The notes under the pieces: model-generated
Told to the model about the DNA's origin: nothing
Databases searched by the model: none
What the model saw: only the letters and a program-made list of their open reading frames with translations
Position numbers and translations under genes: made by a program
Shown here: piece after piece, positions 42,753 to 56,353 of the stretch
Layout: each line of letters begins with the position of its first letter
Position numbering within the stretch: the first letter of the stretch is position 1
Source of the DNA: Auanema rhodensis
Lineage: Eukaryota; Animalia; Nematoda
DNA: 64,000 nucleotides
NCBI GenBank assembly: GCA_964057225.1
Contig: OZ059896.1
Span: 9,238,001-9,302,000 of the forward strand
Direction of reading: 5' to 3'

Positions 42753-44061
42753 TTAACATCGTACATCACTAATCACATTTTTATCAACAGATTGTATTAT
42801 TTGAGGAGATATCCTTGATGATAATCCCATTGTTTTCATTGAAATCGTCGAGCTATCAAAATCTAAGTAATAATAGAGATAGATAATAGTATATGCTGAA
42901 AATTAATTCAACTAACAATTTTTCCAAATGTTATGAAATTCCCGATTGAAGTATACCGTGATTAAACTAAAATCAGTTTTATAATATATTTTTTTAAAAG
43001 TTCTTACCCATCTGTAGAGTGTACGCATACCCACGCAAATGTGGTTAATAAGAATTTAACATACTTATTTTTGAAATATTCGTATAATACGAAGTAGGTT
43101 AATAATTCACACACAAAGACCATAGCCTGTAAGCAAGCCTGCTTGAGGAAGTTCAGTTCTTCAGCTCTTCTCGAACGCCTTACACGTGAAGAAGAAGAAT
43201 TATTAGATATCTAATATGGAAAATTGAACTCAAATTTAGATCTCTAAAATAACTTACTAGTAAACGATTAAATGCATGTACTCGTAATAGTGTGAACAAG
43301 TCGATTAATACAATCATAACAACGATAGTGACATATTTGAGAAAATCTGTATACCATGCAATTTTTATACAAATAGGAGAAGTACTGAATACAAAATGCC
43401 AATAATCCTCAGAAAAGTAAAAAGAACAGTCAGCTGAAAGTATAAATCACATTTTTGAGTTAAATATCACCTAGAACATACCTATTACATAGTAATAAAT
43501 AGTTGGTGTTATTGATAAGAACCAGGCAGCTATTATCATTTTTTTCGTATTGTTTTCACTACAAAAATGAGGTAATTCATACTAATTTCATATAAACTGA
43601 CCTGAAAATACGATCATACTGTAAAGGAAGCATTATAGCAGTCATTCTATTGAGAGAAATCAGTAAATGACAATATATACATATATCATAACAGATAAGG
43701 AGTATATGACCAAACCGATGTGAAATATCTTTCATGGATTGTACATCACTAAATTCAAAGTTAAACTTTCAAAATTTAAAAAGCAAGACTACGCACAAGA
43801 ATACCATAGGTGCGTAGAAAAATGTGAAAATAGTCAAGTGAACAGCTTCAGCAGTAGCTTGAGAAGTAGTAAGCTTTCCGAAGGCATTTTGAAGAGTTGA
43901 TACTCGATTAATGAAAAACACTATAAACCAGTTGCAGCACATGCCAAAGGTTGCAACCTGGAGAGTGTGCCTTATAGATTATACCACTTTTTAATTTAAC
44001 TTACAGTGAAAATAAGAAGCGCAATTAAATGATTTTCACTAAATAGTTCATGTGTGGACAT
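42753..44061 (-). CDS. 7TM chemoreceptor, Srx family, copy 1
   Basis: MSTHELFSENHLIALLIF..GMCCNW..LQNAFG..CYDICIYCHLLISLNRMTAI..P..Y..IFS..CSFYF..E.NFLKQACLQ..WVCVHSTDGLITVYFNREF. The last exon is less certain. Confidence 0.88.
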
Positions 44062-45397
44062 TTTAGTGGAATAATTAGTAGAAGGTATTCTGATCTAAAC
44101 CACATATCTTTATAAGGTAGCAAATATGAGTAAATGTTATTTCTGAATAAACTTTAGAAAAAGGAAAGGATAAATTGCTAAAATGGATTTGTTATAGAAT
44201 GTCAAGCTATATATTTCAGCACAGTAAAAGACAAAAGTTATAATATGTAGGCTATTGAACTTATGGTTGTACTTTAGAATATTTACTTGTATCTTCAGAA
44301 ACAAAATCTAAAATAGATATACGTATTTATATATACGTTCTTCATTTGCATTTTGCATCATATATTTATCAGATTTCCTTAGAGTTGATAAAGGTCGAAG
44401 GTTTTAAGCGTAGTGTAAGCTAAAGGCCAGCAAAGACACCATACAGTTGTACTACCAGATGTGATATCATTATTGTTATTGTTACTGAATTTACAATTAT
44501 ATTTTTAGCTTTGAAAATATATTTTGTTACTTTAATATTGATACAATAAATAAAATTTATAAACATCATATTGTATAATTGACTTTGAACTCTTTTTAGT
44601 TGTTGAAAACTAAAAAATGAGATAATATTTAGAAGATATTGATATCAGTCTTATTAGAAAATAATAATATTTATTTGCTAGTAAAGTTTAAGATCTCTTA
44701 TTTCAATTCAGATTAAGAAAAATACTAAATTTTCTAGTGACATTATTATTCTTCACGTTTTACGTCATACCATAAAAGAGCTTTATGAAATCTTTCTAGT
44801 TCTCTGTATTTTTCATTTATTATTTGTGGGTGTCATACGTGATGATACTTCTTCTTATTTTGAAAGTGTAATCTTTCTATATTTATTAGAAACCTATGAA
44901 ACTAAAAAAAAAGATGAAGATGATTATTTGCTCGTCAATCTAGTCAGTTCTGTAGAGTATCAAAATTAGCATATTTCATTTAGAAAAGTCACGTCAGTTA
45001 AGCAATATGGCACACGTGTACGTGTACCTACTTTTAATGAAATTTTCTGTGAGTTATTAAATAATTTGCTGATTACACTTAATAACCTAGACCTATCGCT
45101 AATAATTTAATTCTGCTCGAGACATATTTTCATATTCTAGTCCTATATATAAGAATATATCGTCTGTATGATTTTTTGTTCTAAATGTTTTAAAAGATTT
45201 AATATTCAAAATTTTTAAATGAGTTTTCTTTAAATTCCTTTCAAATTTCTCGAAAGTAATTAGCTTATTATAATTTGTTAGATATAGACTAAATTTATGT
45301 TGAAAAATGTATATAGCATTGGATTTTGTATACTGTACTCAGAGCATATAACACAATTATACATTTTTCGAATATGTAGCAGTACATCCACAGTAGA
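43368..45397. repeat. Segmental duplication block X, copy 1 (2.03 kb)
   Basis: Near-identical to 46923-48952 (offset 3555). Differences seen only near 43672-43689 and at 45016. Confidence 0.95.
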
Positions 45398-45857
45398 TAG
45401 GCTTTCTAATTCGATTTTAGCAATTTTTCTAATGTAACTTCAATAGGTTTTCGTAATAGCTAAGTGAGAAGTTTTAATATATCCGTGATTCATTACGAGG
45501 AAATACAGTATCTGCAAGGATTCGTCTCTAAAAAAAACAATTCCTAAAATCTGTTTTTCTATCTGATTTCCGGATAGACGTTGTCTTCCTTTCTAGTGTT
45601 ATGTACCTAATTAGTTCATGTTGAGATATTTTATTGTCCTCAATTTTCTGAAGGTCTACTGTTAGTAATTGAATGAAATTATTCAGAATTTTAATCTCAT
45701 ATGTTTTATTAAAACGGATAAGTTGTAACTTATAATTAATAGTGATATAACTTAAGGTAAGTAACATTCCGGATTTGAATATTGACGTTCGAATAAGTAT
45801 CTATTCGAAATCATAAGGAACATAGTTTGATATATGCATACGGATGACGTTCTCTGG

Positions 45858-47616
45858 TCAATATCTTGATTGTGCACTTTCAGTAGTTCCTCTATTTTCA
45901 GAATTCATAGTTGCTTGATTATACATTCTTGAAGAGATGTCAATGGTTAATACTTCATTCTTTGATTTTTTTAAACCTGAATAGAAAATGTGATGAACAG
46001 GCTATTGTTTCCATAAGTAAGATATAATATTTAATGTTATATATTACTGACTTACTTCTCCAGATTTGGTGAAATTCCCTATTGAAATGCACAGTAATCA
46101 ACCTGAAGTTAAGTTAAGATCAATTATCTTATGTGATTTTTAAAATAAAATTGTATATTTTTGAATTTCCTTAATAGCCCTTTGTACTTACCCATCAATT
46201 GAATGTAAGCATATCCATGAAAATGTAGTAAAAATAAATTTAATATGTCGATTTCCGAAACACTCATTCAGTGTAAAGTAAAATACTAACTCACAAGCAT
46301 AAACAATAGCTTGCAAACAAGCCTGTAAATGTATTCCTATTTGCATATATACTATTTGGATTATTCTATTAATATATTCAGACATTGAATCGAATTATTG
46401 CAAATACAAGGAGTTTTTCATTTCATAATTGTTTTGACTAATTCCGTATTTATACGTTTTTTTTTAATGTCCCCTCACATTGCAATCACTTCATGGGATG
46501 CTAGTAATTAGAAAAAAGAACTAGCCAATATCGGAGTTTTAAACAGTGCTCACAAAGTCGATTATTCTTTAAAACGAAGAAAAGTTGTAAATATAAATTC
46601 ATTTTTTCAATGTTTCGTTTCTGTTGTTCAATTTTAGTATACTATAGGTATATCAAAAAAATTCAAAGTAAAGCATCTATTTTGAAAACGTCAAACTATA
46701 TACACATACCTGTTTGAAGAAATTCATTTCATTCACATGACGTCGTATATTATTTGTAAAAGTGCTTTCTAAGACCTGAATCAATTGCGGTTATTTTAAC
46801 TAAAACAAAATTTACCCTAGTATTTACAATATGCACTTTCAAAAGTGTCGTCATATCAATAATTACAATTAAAACCACAATAATTATAGATTTCAAAAAA
46901 TCTGTGTACCATCCTATTACCCTACAAATAGGAGAAGTACTGAATACAAAATGCCAATAATCCTCAGAAAAGTAAAAAGAACAGTCAGCTGAAAGTATAA
47001 ATCACATTTTTGAGTTAAATATCACCTAGAACATACCTATTACATAGTAATAAATAGTTGGTGTTATTGATAAGAACCAGGCAGCTATTATCATTTTTTT
47101 CGTATTGTTTTCACTACAAAAATGAGGTAATTCATACTAATTTCATATAAACTGACCTGAAAATACGATCATACTGTAAAGGAAGCATTATAGCAGTCAT
47201 TCTATTGAGAGAAATCAGTAAATGACTATTGATGCATATATCGTAACAGATAAGGAGTATATGACCAAACCGATGTGAAATATCTTTCATGGATTGTACA
47301 TCACTAAATTCAAAGTTAAACTTTCAAAATTTAAAAAGCAAGACTACGCACAAGAATACCATAGGTGCGTAGAAAAATGTGAAAATAGTCAAGTGAACAG
47401 CTTCAGCAGTAGCTTGAGAAGTAGTAAGCTTTCCGAAGGCATTTTGAAGAGTTGATACTCGATTAATGAAAAACACTATAAACCAGTTGCAGCACATGCC
47501 AAAGGTTGCAACCTGGAGAGTGTGCCTTATAGATTATACCACTTTTTAATTTAACTTACAGTGAAAATAAGAAGCGCAATTAAATGATTTTCACTAAATA
47601 GTTCATGTGTGGACAT
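45858..47616 (-). CDS. 7TM chemoreceptor, Srx family, copy 2
   Basis: 5' exons nearly identical to copy 1; distinct 3' exons (NFFKQACLQAIVYACEL..WICLHSIDGLITVHFNREF); stop TGA at 45860-45858. Confidence 0.88.
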
Positions 47617-48952
47617 TTTAGTGGAATAATTAGTAGAAGGTATTCTGATCTAAACCACATATCTTTATAAGGTAGCAAATATGAGTAAATGTTATTTCTG
47701 AATAAACTTTAGAAAAAGGAAAGGATAAATTGCTAAAATGGATTTGTTATAGAATGTCAAGCTATATATTTCAGCACAGTAAAAGACAAAAGTTATAATA
47801 TGTAGGCTATTGAACTTATGGTTGTACTTTAGAATATTTACTTGTATCTTCAGAAACAAAATCTAAAATAGATATACGTATTTATATATACGTTCTTCAT
47901 TTGCATTTTGCATCATATATTTATCAGATTTCCTTAGAGTTGATAAAGGTCGAAGGTTTTAAGCGTAGTGTAAGCTAAAGGCCAGCAAAGACACCATACA
48001 GTTGTACTACCAGATGTGATATCATTATTGTTATTGTTACTGAATTTACAATTATATTTTTAGCTTTGAAAATATATTTTGTTACTTTAATATTGATACA
48101 ATAAATAAAATTTATAAACATCATATTGTATAATTGACTTTGAACTCTTTTTAGTTGTTGAAAACTAAAAAATGAGATAATATTTAGAAGATATTGATAT
48201 CAGTCTTATTAGAAAATAATAATATTTATTTGCTAGTAAAGTTTAAGATCTCTTATTTCAATTCAGATTAAGAAAAATACTAAATTTTCTAGTGACATTA
48301 TTATTCTTCACGTTTTACGTCATACCATAAAAGAGCTTTATGAAATCTTTCTAGTTCTCTGTATTTTTCATTTATTATTTGTGGGTGTCATACGTGATGA
48401 TACTTCTTCTTATTTTGAAAGTGTAATCTTTCTATATTTATTAGAAACCTATGAAACTAAAAAAAAAGATGAAGATGATTATTTGCTCGTCAATCTAGTC
48501 AGTTCTGTAGAGTATCAAAATTAGCATATTTCATTTAGAAAAGTCACGTCAGTTAAGCAATATGGCACACCTGTACGTGTACCTACTTTTAATGAAATTT
48601 TCTGTGAGTTATTAAATAATTTGCTGATTACACTTAATAACCTAGACCTATCGCTAATAATTTAATTCTGCTCGAGACATATTTTCATATTCTAGTCCTA
48701 TATATAAGAATATATCGTCTGTATGATTTTTTGTTCTAAATGTTTTAAAAGATTTAATATTCAAAATTTTTAAATGAGTTTTCTTTAAATTCCTTTCAAA
48801 TTTCTCGAAAGTAATTAGCTTATTATAATTTGTTAGATATAGACTAAATTTATGTTGAAAAATGTATATAGCATTGGATTTTGTATACTGTACTCAGAGC
48901 ATATAACACAATTATACATTTTTCGAATATGTAGCAGTACATCCACAGTAGA
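46923..48952. repeat. Segmental duplication block X, copy 2
   Basis: Direct repeat of 43368-45397. Confidence 0.95.
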
Positions 48953-49080
48953 CATTCTGTTTTATATGACTTACATAATCTTTAACTCAACATGTATGAT
49001 TATAGCAGAGCTAGTATGACTGTGCCAAAAAATTCAAGTTTGTGTCTCTTTGATGATTAAATTCACAATTGCAAATGTCC

Positions 49081-49663
49081 TTCATACTATTAAAGAGTGA
49101 GTGACATACTTGACCATTTCTTGTAAAGTGTAAGTATATGTATACTCTGTTTCATTCTATTTGAGATGCATATACGCAAAATATCCAAGATCTCATAATG
49201 TTGAAAACGCAGAAAACTATTTCATCTACATAAAACCTCTTATACTTCCTTTAAATTCAACTTCTAACGATGAACAGTGGTTCCTTTGAAGAACATATCG
49301 AAACCTTTTCTTCTAGTCATCAAAGAAAAGAATACTCCTAACTGATATTGAAATCGCGAATGTTTCTTCCATTGTCCCTTCAATAGGTCTTCGTAATAGC
49401 TAAGTGAGAAGTTTTAATATATCCGTGATTCATTACGAGGAAATACAGTATCTGCAAGGATTCGTCTCTAAAAAAAACAATTCCTAAAATCTGTTTTTCT
49501 ATCTGATTTCCGGATAGACGTTGTCTTCCTTTCTAGTGTTATGTACCTAATTAGTTCATGTTGAGATATTTTATTGTCCTCAATTTTCTGAAGGTCTATT
49601 GTTAGTAATTAAATGAAATTATTCAGAATTTTAATCTCATATGTTTTATTAAAACGGATAAGT
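49081..49663. repeat. Duplicated block W (583 nt), copy 1
   Basis: Appears identical to 52487-53069 (offset 3406). Its 3' half also matches the sequence starting at 45438. Confidence 0.92.
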
Positions 49664-49797
49664 TGTAACTTATAATTAATAGTGATATAACTTAAGGTAA
49701 GTAACATTCCGGATTTGAATATTGACGTTCGAATAAGTATCTATTCGAAATCATAAGGAACATAGTTTGATATATGCATACGGATGACGTTCTCTGG

Positions 49798-51210
49798 TCA
49801 ATATCTTGAATGTGCACTTTTACTAGTTCCTCTATTTTCAGAATCCATAGTAACTTGATTAGATATTCTTGAAGAAATTCCAATAGTTTTCACGTCAATT
49901 TTCGATCTTCGGTATCCTAAAAAAATAGTTTAACGGAATATGTTACAAAATATTAAGAAATGGGTTTTTTTTGTAAATATGATGTATATTGTTAATGCAT
50001 TTGAAGATAGTCTAACCTTTTCTCCATATTTGACGAAACTCAGAATTAAAATATACGGTGATTAGACTGGAATTGAGATTTAAAAAACAGTGTACGTGAA
50101 CTTTATACTTACCCGTCCACGGAATGTACGCATACCCAGGCAAATGTGGTTAATAAGAATTTAATATACTTATTTTCAAAATGATTACTTAACACAAAAT
50201 ATGTTAGCAGTTCACAGACAAACACTATTCCTTGAAAACAAACCTATAAACATTGACAAGTTAATAAATAACAAATATATTTCAAGCACAGGTTCTCGTA
50301 CCTGTTTCAGGAAATTAACTTCGTCCGTTCGACGCCGAACACCGGATGATTTTGATGTATTATTAGAAATCTAAAACATATTTTATGAAAGAATCTTAAG
50401 AAACAGAACATACATTTCTATTCAAAGCATGAACTCTTAAAAGTGTGAACATATCAATTAGTACGACTAAAACTACAATCGCAGAAGATTTTACGAAATC
50501 AGTGTACCAAGCTATGATAAAGCAAATTTTGGAGTTGTGAAAATTGAAGTTCCAAAAATCGCCCGCATAATAAAACGAGCAGTCAGCTAAAAATAAAGCA
50601 ATTTTAAGAAAATGATATAAAGAATGGCAAAATACCTATTAAATAGTAATAAATTGTTGGTATGATAGAAATTAACCAAGTTGTGCATATTAAAGCTCTT
50701 GTATTCATTTTACTGAAAATGTTAAAATATTTTCTACTAATTTCATATAAACTGACCTGAAAATACGATCATACTGTAAAGGAAGCATTATAGCAGTCAT
50801 TCTATTGAGAGAAATCAGTAAATGACTATTGATGCATATATCGTAACAGATAAGGAGTATATGACCAAACCGATGTGAAATATCTTTCATGGATTGTACA
50901 TCACTAAATTCAAAGTTAAACTTTCAAAATTTAAAAAGCAAGACTACGCACAAGAATACCATAGGTGCGTAGAAAAATGTGAAAATAGTCAAGTGAACAG
51001 CTTCAGCAGTAGCTTGAGAAGTAGTAAGCTTTCCGAAGGCATTTTGAAGAGTTGATACTCGATTAATGAAAAACACTATGAACCAGTTGCAGCACATGCC
51101 AATAGCACTTATCTGGATCGAATGAAAAGTAAGTAAAAACATTTCTCACTTAAACTTACAATGAATATGATAGCCGCAACTATCTGATTTTCACCGAATG
51201 TTGAAAACAT
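49798..51210 (-). CDS. 7TM chemoreceptor, Srx family, copy 3
   Basis: MFSTFGENQIVAAIIFI..GMCCNW..SHLLISLNR..EVNFLKQVCFQG..WVCVHSVDG; stop at 49800-49798. Confidence 0.88.
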
Positions 51211-51375
51211 TTGTCGTTGGTTTTATACGAAGCAAATGAAAAAATGCAGCTATATTTATACAGGTAGATGGATCACATCTGACATTTTCAAAAAGTCAAA
51301 TTACATATTGAGATAATCTCCGAAAAGGATATTACCACGTGATACATTAAAATTATACTTTACACTTATCAAATT

Positions 51376-51855
51376 AATATATTTTGTTACTTTAATATTG
51401 ATACAATAAATAAAATTTATAAACATCATATTGTATAATTGACTTTGAACTCTTTTTAGTTGTTGAAAACTAAAAAATGAGATAATATTTAGAAGATATT
51501 GATATCAGTCTTATTAGAAAATAATAATATTTATTTGCTAGTAAAGTTTAAGATCTCTTATTTCAATTCAGATTAAGAAAAATACTAAATTTTCTAGTGA
51601 CATTATTATTCTTCACGTTTTACGTCATACCATAAAAGAGCTTTATGAAATCTTTCTAGTTCTCTGTATTTTTCATTTATTATTTGTGGGTGTCATACGT
51701 GATGATACTTCTTCTTATTTTGAAAGTGTAATCTTTCTATATTTATTAGAAACCTATGAAACTAAAAAAAAAGATGAAGATGATTATTTGCTCGTCAATC
51801 TAGTCAGTTCTGTAGAGTATCAAAATTAGCATATTTCATTTAGAAAAGTCACGTC
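51376..51855. repeat. Duplicated upstream block Z (480 nt), third copy
   Basis: Appears identical to 44516-44995 and 48071-48550. Confidence 0.92.
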
Positions 51856-52486
51856 CTGTCAGTTATTAAATAATTTTCTTTTTTTTTATAAAATTGTATA
51901 TTATATTAAATAAATTTATATATTTGATGATTAGATTTCTTAAGAATTTATTCAGATATACTTCCTTGAAATGTTTGAGAAGTGTATAGAGGTGAACAGG
52001 TCAAGCTCCGCCCTTTTCTCTGAGTGGTTGAGTGATGTGAGGAATGCAGGGTTTCGCATCTTGATGTTCTGAATCAGAACATCATGAAAATTTTTGATAT
52101 TTATGTTTTCGTTTTTTATTTCTTTTTAATTATTGCTTTCACAGATATAGGACTATCAGTAGAATGTATATATTTCACGTTTTGGTTTATTTATCAGCAG
52201 TTTCGGGTATAAAAGAAGGTTTGTATTCGAAACATTGGCTTTTTAAAAATTGCTTCATATAATTTACTAAAAATATGTAATGCTTTACAAGAAATTCAAG
52301 TGAACAAAATATTTTAACATTTACCATTCCCCCCTCCTCTCATGACAACTGGGTGACGCATAGAGCTCTTCTTCCAATTTAACTCTCCTCCAGTTTTCGG
52401 TAATGGGGTTCATTTCACAATTTAGTTGTATTGCACCTAAGTTAGACATGTTCGTTGACATATATCATTTACAGTTCAAAATGTCT

Positions 52487-53069
52487 TTCATACTATTAAA
52501 GAGTGAGTGACATACTTGACCATTTCTTGTAAAGTGTAAGTATATGTATACTCTGTTTCATTCTATTTGAGATGCATATACGCAAAATATCCAAGATCTC
52601 ATAATGTTGAAAACGCAGAAAACTATTTCATCTACATAAAACCTCTTATACTTCCTTTAAATTCAACTTCTAACGATGAACAGTGGTTCCTTTGAAGAAC
52701 ATATCGAAACCTTTTCTTCTAGTCATCAAAGAAAAGAATACTCCTAACTGATATTGAAATCGCGAATGTTTCTTCCATTGTCCCTTCAATAGGTCTTCGT
52801 AATAGCTAAGTGAGAAGTTTTAATATATCCGTGATTCATTACGAGGAAATACAGTATCTGCAAGGATTCGTCTCTAAAAAAAACAATTCCTAAAATCTGT
52901 TTTTCTATCTGATTTCCGGATAGACGTTGTCTTCCTTTCTAGTGTTATGTACCTAATTAGTTCATGTTGAGATATTTTATTGTCCTCAATTTTCTGAAGG
53001 TCTATTGTTAGTAATTAAATGAAATTATTCAGAATTTTAATCTCATATGTTTTATTAAAACGGATAAGT
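52487..53069. repeat. Duplicated block W, copy 2
   Basis: Direct repeat of 49081-49663. Confidence 0.92.
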
Positions 53070-53086
53070 CAAAATTCATAATATAG

Positions 53087-55194
53087 GAGTATATCTGAAC
53101 AAAACTTCATATCAGATTTCAGAAATTATCCAACGACTAGCACAAGCATCCTATAAAGGGTCCTATAAAACGCCTATAGATCAGGTACACATTGACAAAT
53201 TAAAAACAAGTATATTTATAATTTTTTTCAGAATTATCATAACAGATCCAAATACCAGGATTTTGATGATCTAAAGTTTAGGAGATTATTTGGGGTAACT
53301 TCGTTATCTTTGAAAAAAGCTGCGCATGGGTCAAGAGTGAATAAAACATATGTTATAAATAGAACTTTAAAGCTCCAGGGTATTAGCTACAGAACGAATG
53401 CTACGGCCACCTTCGAACATTGGGCACCTAGAAGAAGCACTATTAGCCCCGTAATTTATTACAAATTGGTAAATATTATTTTTAAAATATATAACATTTA
53501 GATCCTTGAAGTTAGCGAAGATATCCCTGATGTCTCTCAAGTTAATGAGAATCATTCTCATTTTCCATCCAAATTTTCTGGAAAACGAAACTCGAGAAAA
53601 ATTAAACAAGTTAGTAATATTTGTCCGCTGCCATTCTCTCAATAAGTGGTTTTAATTATTAACGTTCAGATCACGAAAGGAGTTAAAGGGTTTGCACCGG
53701 CTGAAGTCGATCAGGAAGCAGTTAAACTGCTTGAAGAGGTTTTAAGGAATGAAAAAGTCAAACTAAGACATAATATAATTATTCGAAAAATCAAAGAAAC
53801 TAAAGAGGATGTTAGAAATCTAGAGAAACGGCTTGGCAAACCTAATCTAGAAAATCTGAAAAAGGTATGCTTAAATGTAAACGAGCGTTTACTTTTTTTT
53901 TGTGAAGATAAAGAGAAAAGGTGAAGTAGTAAATGATCGAGAAAAGATATTGCAAACACAACTAGCTATTCAAAAAAAGCTCAACGAAGCCGACCAATTG
54001 AAATATACAATAAGAGAAGGTGTCCTGTTTAAGGAAGGAAATATACCTATTGCTCGGTATGTTATATATTCATAATATTTTTACATATCAAATTATTTAG
54101 AGTGACAGGCAATCGACCAAAAACTAAAATGTATTCCTTCAATACAATTCATGCTTCAGAACAGACTAAAGTGGTAATGCTATTATAATGATGGAACAGT
54201 CCCCATCTTTCAGGAGTCCTCAAATATTGTAGTGGAAGGAACTACAACATTATTGCCAAATTCACTGAGTAAAAATCAGCGCGATGAACCAAATGTCAGA
54301 TTTGAATCACCCGATTTAGTATAACTGAAGAACAAAATATATTTATAGATCTTTCCAAGTAGCAGTAATCAATTGATGCAAAACACACAGGGGAACAACT
54401 CAGATAGTTTGGGTAAATTCAATGAATAGTATACTTACGAAGATTTTAGATCTCAAATCCACAGAAATTTCAAATGATAATATTGAAAATACAAAAACTC
54501 CGCCACCATATCCATTCAGCCATTGTTATATGAATATAGATGGTTTTTCTCTCTTTAAAACAGATAAATTCGTTAATTACAGGTTTCATATGTTGCAATC
54601 GTTATTTGGAATCTTTAATACGCAAAAGTTACCAACGATTAAAAAACGCTAAAAGATTCAATGATTGTAGTATTCAGAAAATATCTAATGAACTTCAAGA
54701 AGATGCTCAGGAAGTGTAAGTTGCTAACTATCAAACTTAAACTGAAAAGACTATAGGTTTAACACACCCTTCGAAACCATTGTAGCTCTAGATGATTTTG
54801 CCCTCAGGGCTCATTTTGCCGGAGATCTCATGTGTAAATTAATAGAAGACGGCCATTTCATCACTCTTTATGCTACAGCAATGCCGGTAATACATTAAAA
54901 TAAATAATATCCAAGTTATTTTTTAGGCTAAAGAAGGAGTGAAACTGGATCCATTGCATGTTATAACACCATTGGCAATTGATGTAAAAAATGGACAGTC
55001 AAGTAAGAACTTATAAAAAAAATGTTATTCGAAATCTTGCAGATATCAGCAATACAAAAGAAGTTAATACCTCAAACATCAATAATATCCATTTAAGAAG
55101 ATCAACAGAACTTAAAATACCTTTTCACGAATTGTCAAGAGAGGACATAGACAATGAACGTATGCTCACAAATGTAATAATGAATAAATCATGA
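53087..55194 (+). CDS. Ground-like (hedgehog-related, grl family) protein; 5' end uncertain
   Basis: C-terminal exons read PYPFSHCYMNIDGFICCNRYLE..CSIQKISNELQ..FNTPFETIVALDDFALRAHFAGDLMCK..FITLYATAMP, a ground-like domain. A candidate signal-peptide exon MKIFDIYVFVFYFFLIIAFTDIG starts at 52084. Confidence 0.8.
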
Positions 55195-55249
55195 AAAATC
55201 CTTTGCTTGATAAGATATTGTGCAAGAATTAGTATATTAAGACATCAGG

Positions 55250-55922
55250 TCATTTTTCTACACACCAGCGTTTACGGTACTCACGAGATCACCTTTTCCT
55301 TCAGCTAATCGCTCTTTAATTAGTTCAGCAATTGCGCGCTGTGTTCTTCTCTCAAGCTTCTACAATAAATAAAAGATACATTTCATTTGACAAAATAGAA
55401 AAAACCTCTAATCGCTTTGAAATATCTCTTTTTAAATCCCAATCTATTTTTTTAGGGGCTAGGTTGGATATATCTACCATATCGACAGTTTTCACATCCA
55501 AAGAGTCCTGGAATAAAATGAGATAATTGCTGAATAAACAAAAAAACACCTTCAAATGCCCTTGAATTTCATCTTCAACTAAATTGAAAGGTACTTTACT
55601 ATCTATAGAGCCCAAAACTTCAGCTACGGGAGCATAACTCCTACAATTATAACCTTCATGCACTCTAAAAATATAGAATACCTGAATCCAGCACCATCCT
55701 CTTTACTTTTTTTTGTTGGTTTTTCCTGATCGACATAGTCTTCCTCTCTAAAAATTATAATTAAATTCTGAATGACAGTACAAAAACTTACTTCATTTCA
55801 ACACCATGGTACTTGGATTTCAATTGTAAAAGCTTTCTCTTGCGAGCCTGAGCGGCGATCTCTGCAGCATTCTGTGTGATTTCGTCGTCCTCATCAGATG
55901 AAACATGTGTTTCGTCAGTCAT
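55250..55922 (-). CDS. CCDC12: Spliceosome factor CCDC12/Cwf18
   Basis: ARKRKLLQLK, RSYAP and DISNLAPKKIDWDLKRDISKRLEKLERRTQRAIAELIKERL match the cwf18 family. Confidence 0.93.
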
Positions 55923-56353
55923 AATCTGAATAAACTTTTTAACTGACGTATACAAAGCTTCGATGTAATAGAATTGAAATATTATTAGAGAGAGTCAAAG
56001 TTCTATAATTAATTCGTTTGTAAGGAGGAACAAACAACTACTATTTTCGTTTAAACGAGTGTTTTATAAAATGGTCTTAGTACGATTACAACCGTATTGT
56101 AGAGTTGGGCGGTCTGAAGACATTATTGGAACAAAAATAACATTTTAAAAGAAAAAATTAAGTTTTGGTTGTTTAAATAATTTTGTTTTTCTTTAAAAAA
56201 CACAACAATATTTTAAAATGTCATTTGCATATATATATATATATATCTTAGTTTGTAAAATATATCAGGCTTAATGGCTAATTTTCTGTTCTTTTTCTAT
56301 GAATCGAATATCTATAACAGCTTATATTAAAAAGTTTATCGTTAAGGGTTATC

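Noticed and set aside
43368-53069. Repeats considered as transposons or a CRISPR-like array
   Set aside because: No terminal inverted repeats, target-site duplications, transposase or regular repeat-spacer pattern; the blocks contain host exons and flanks.
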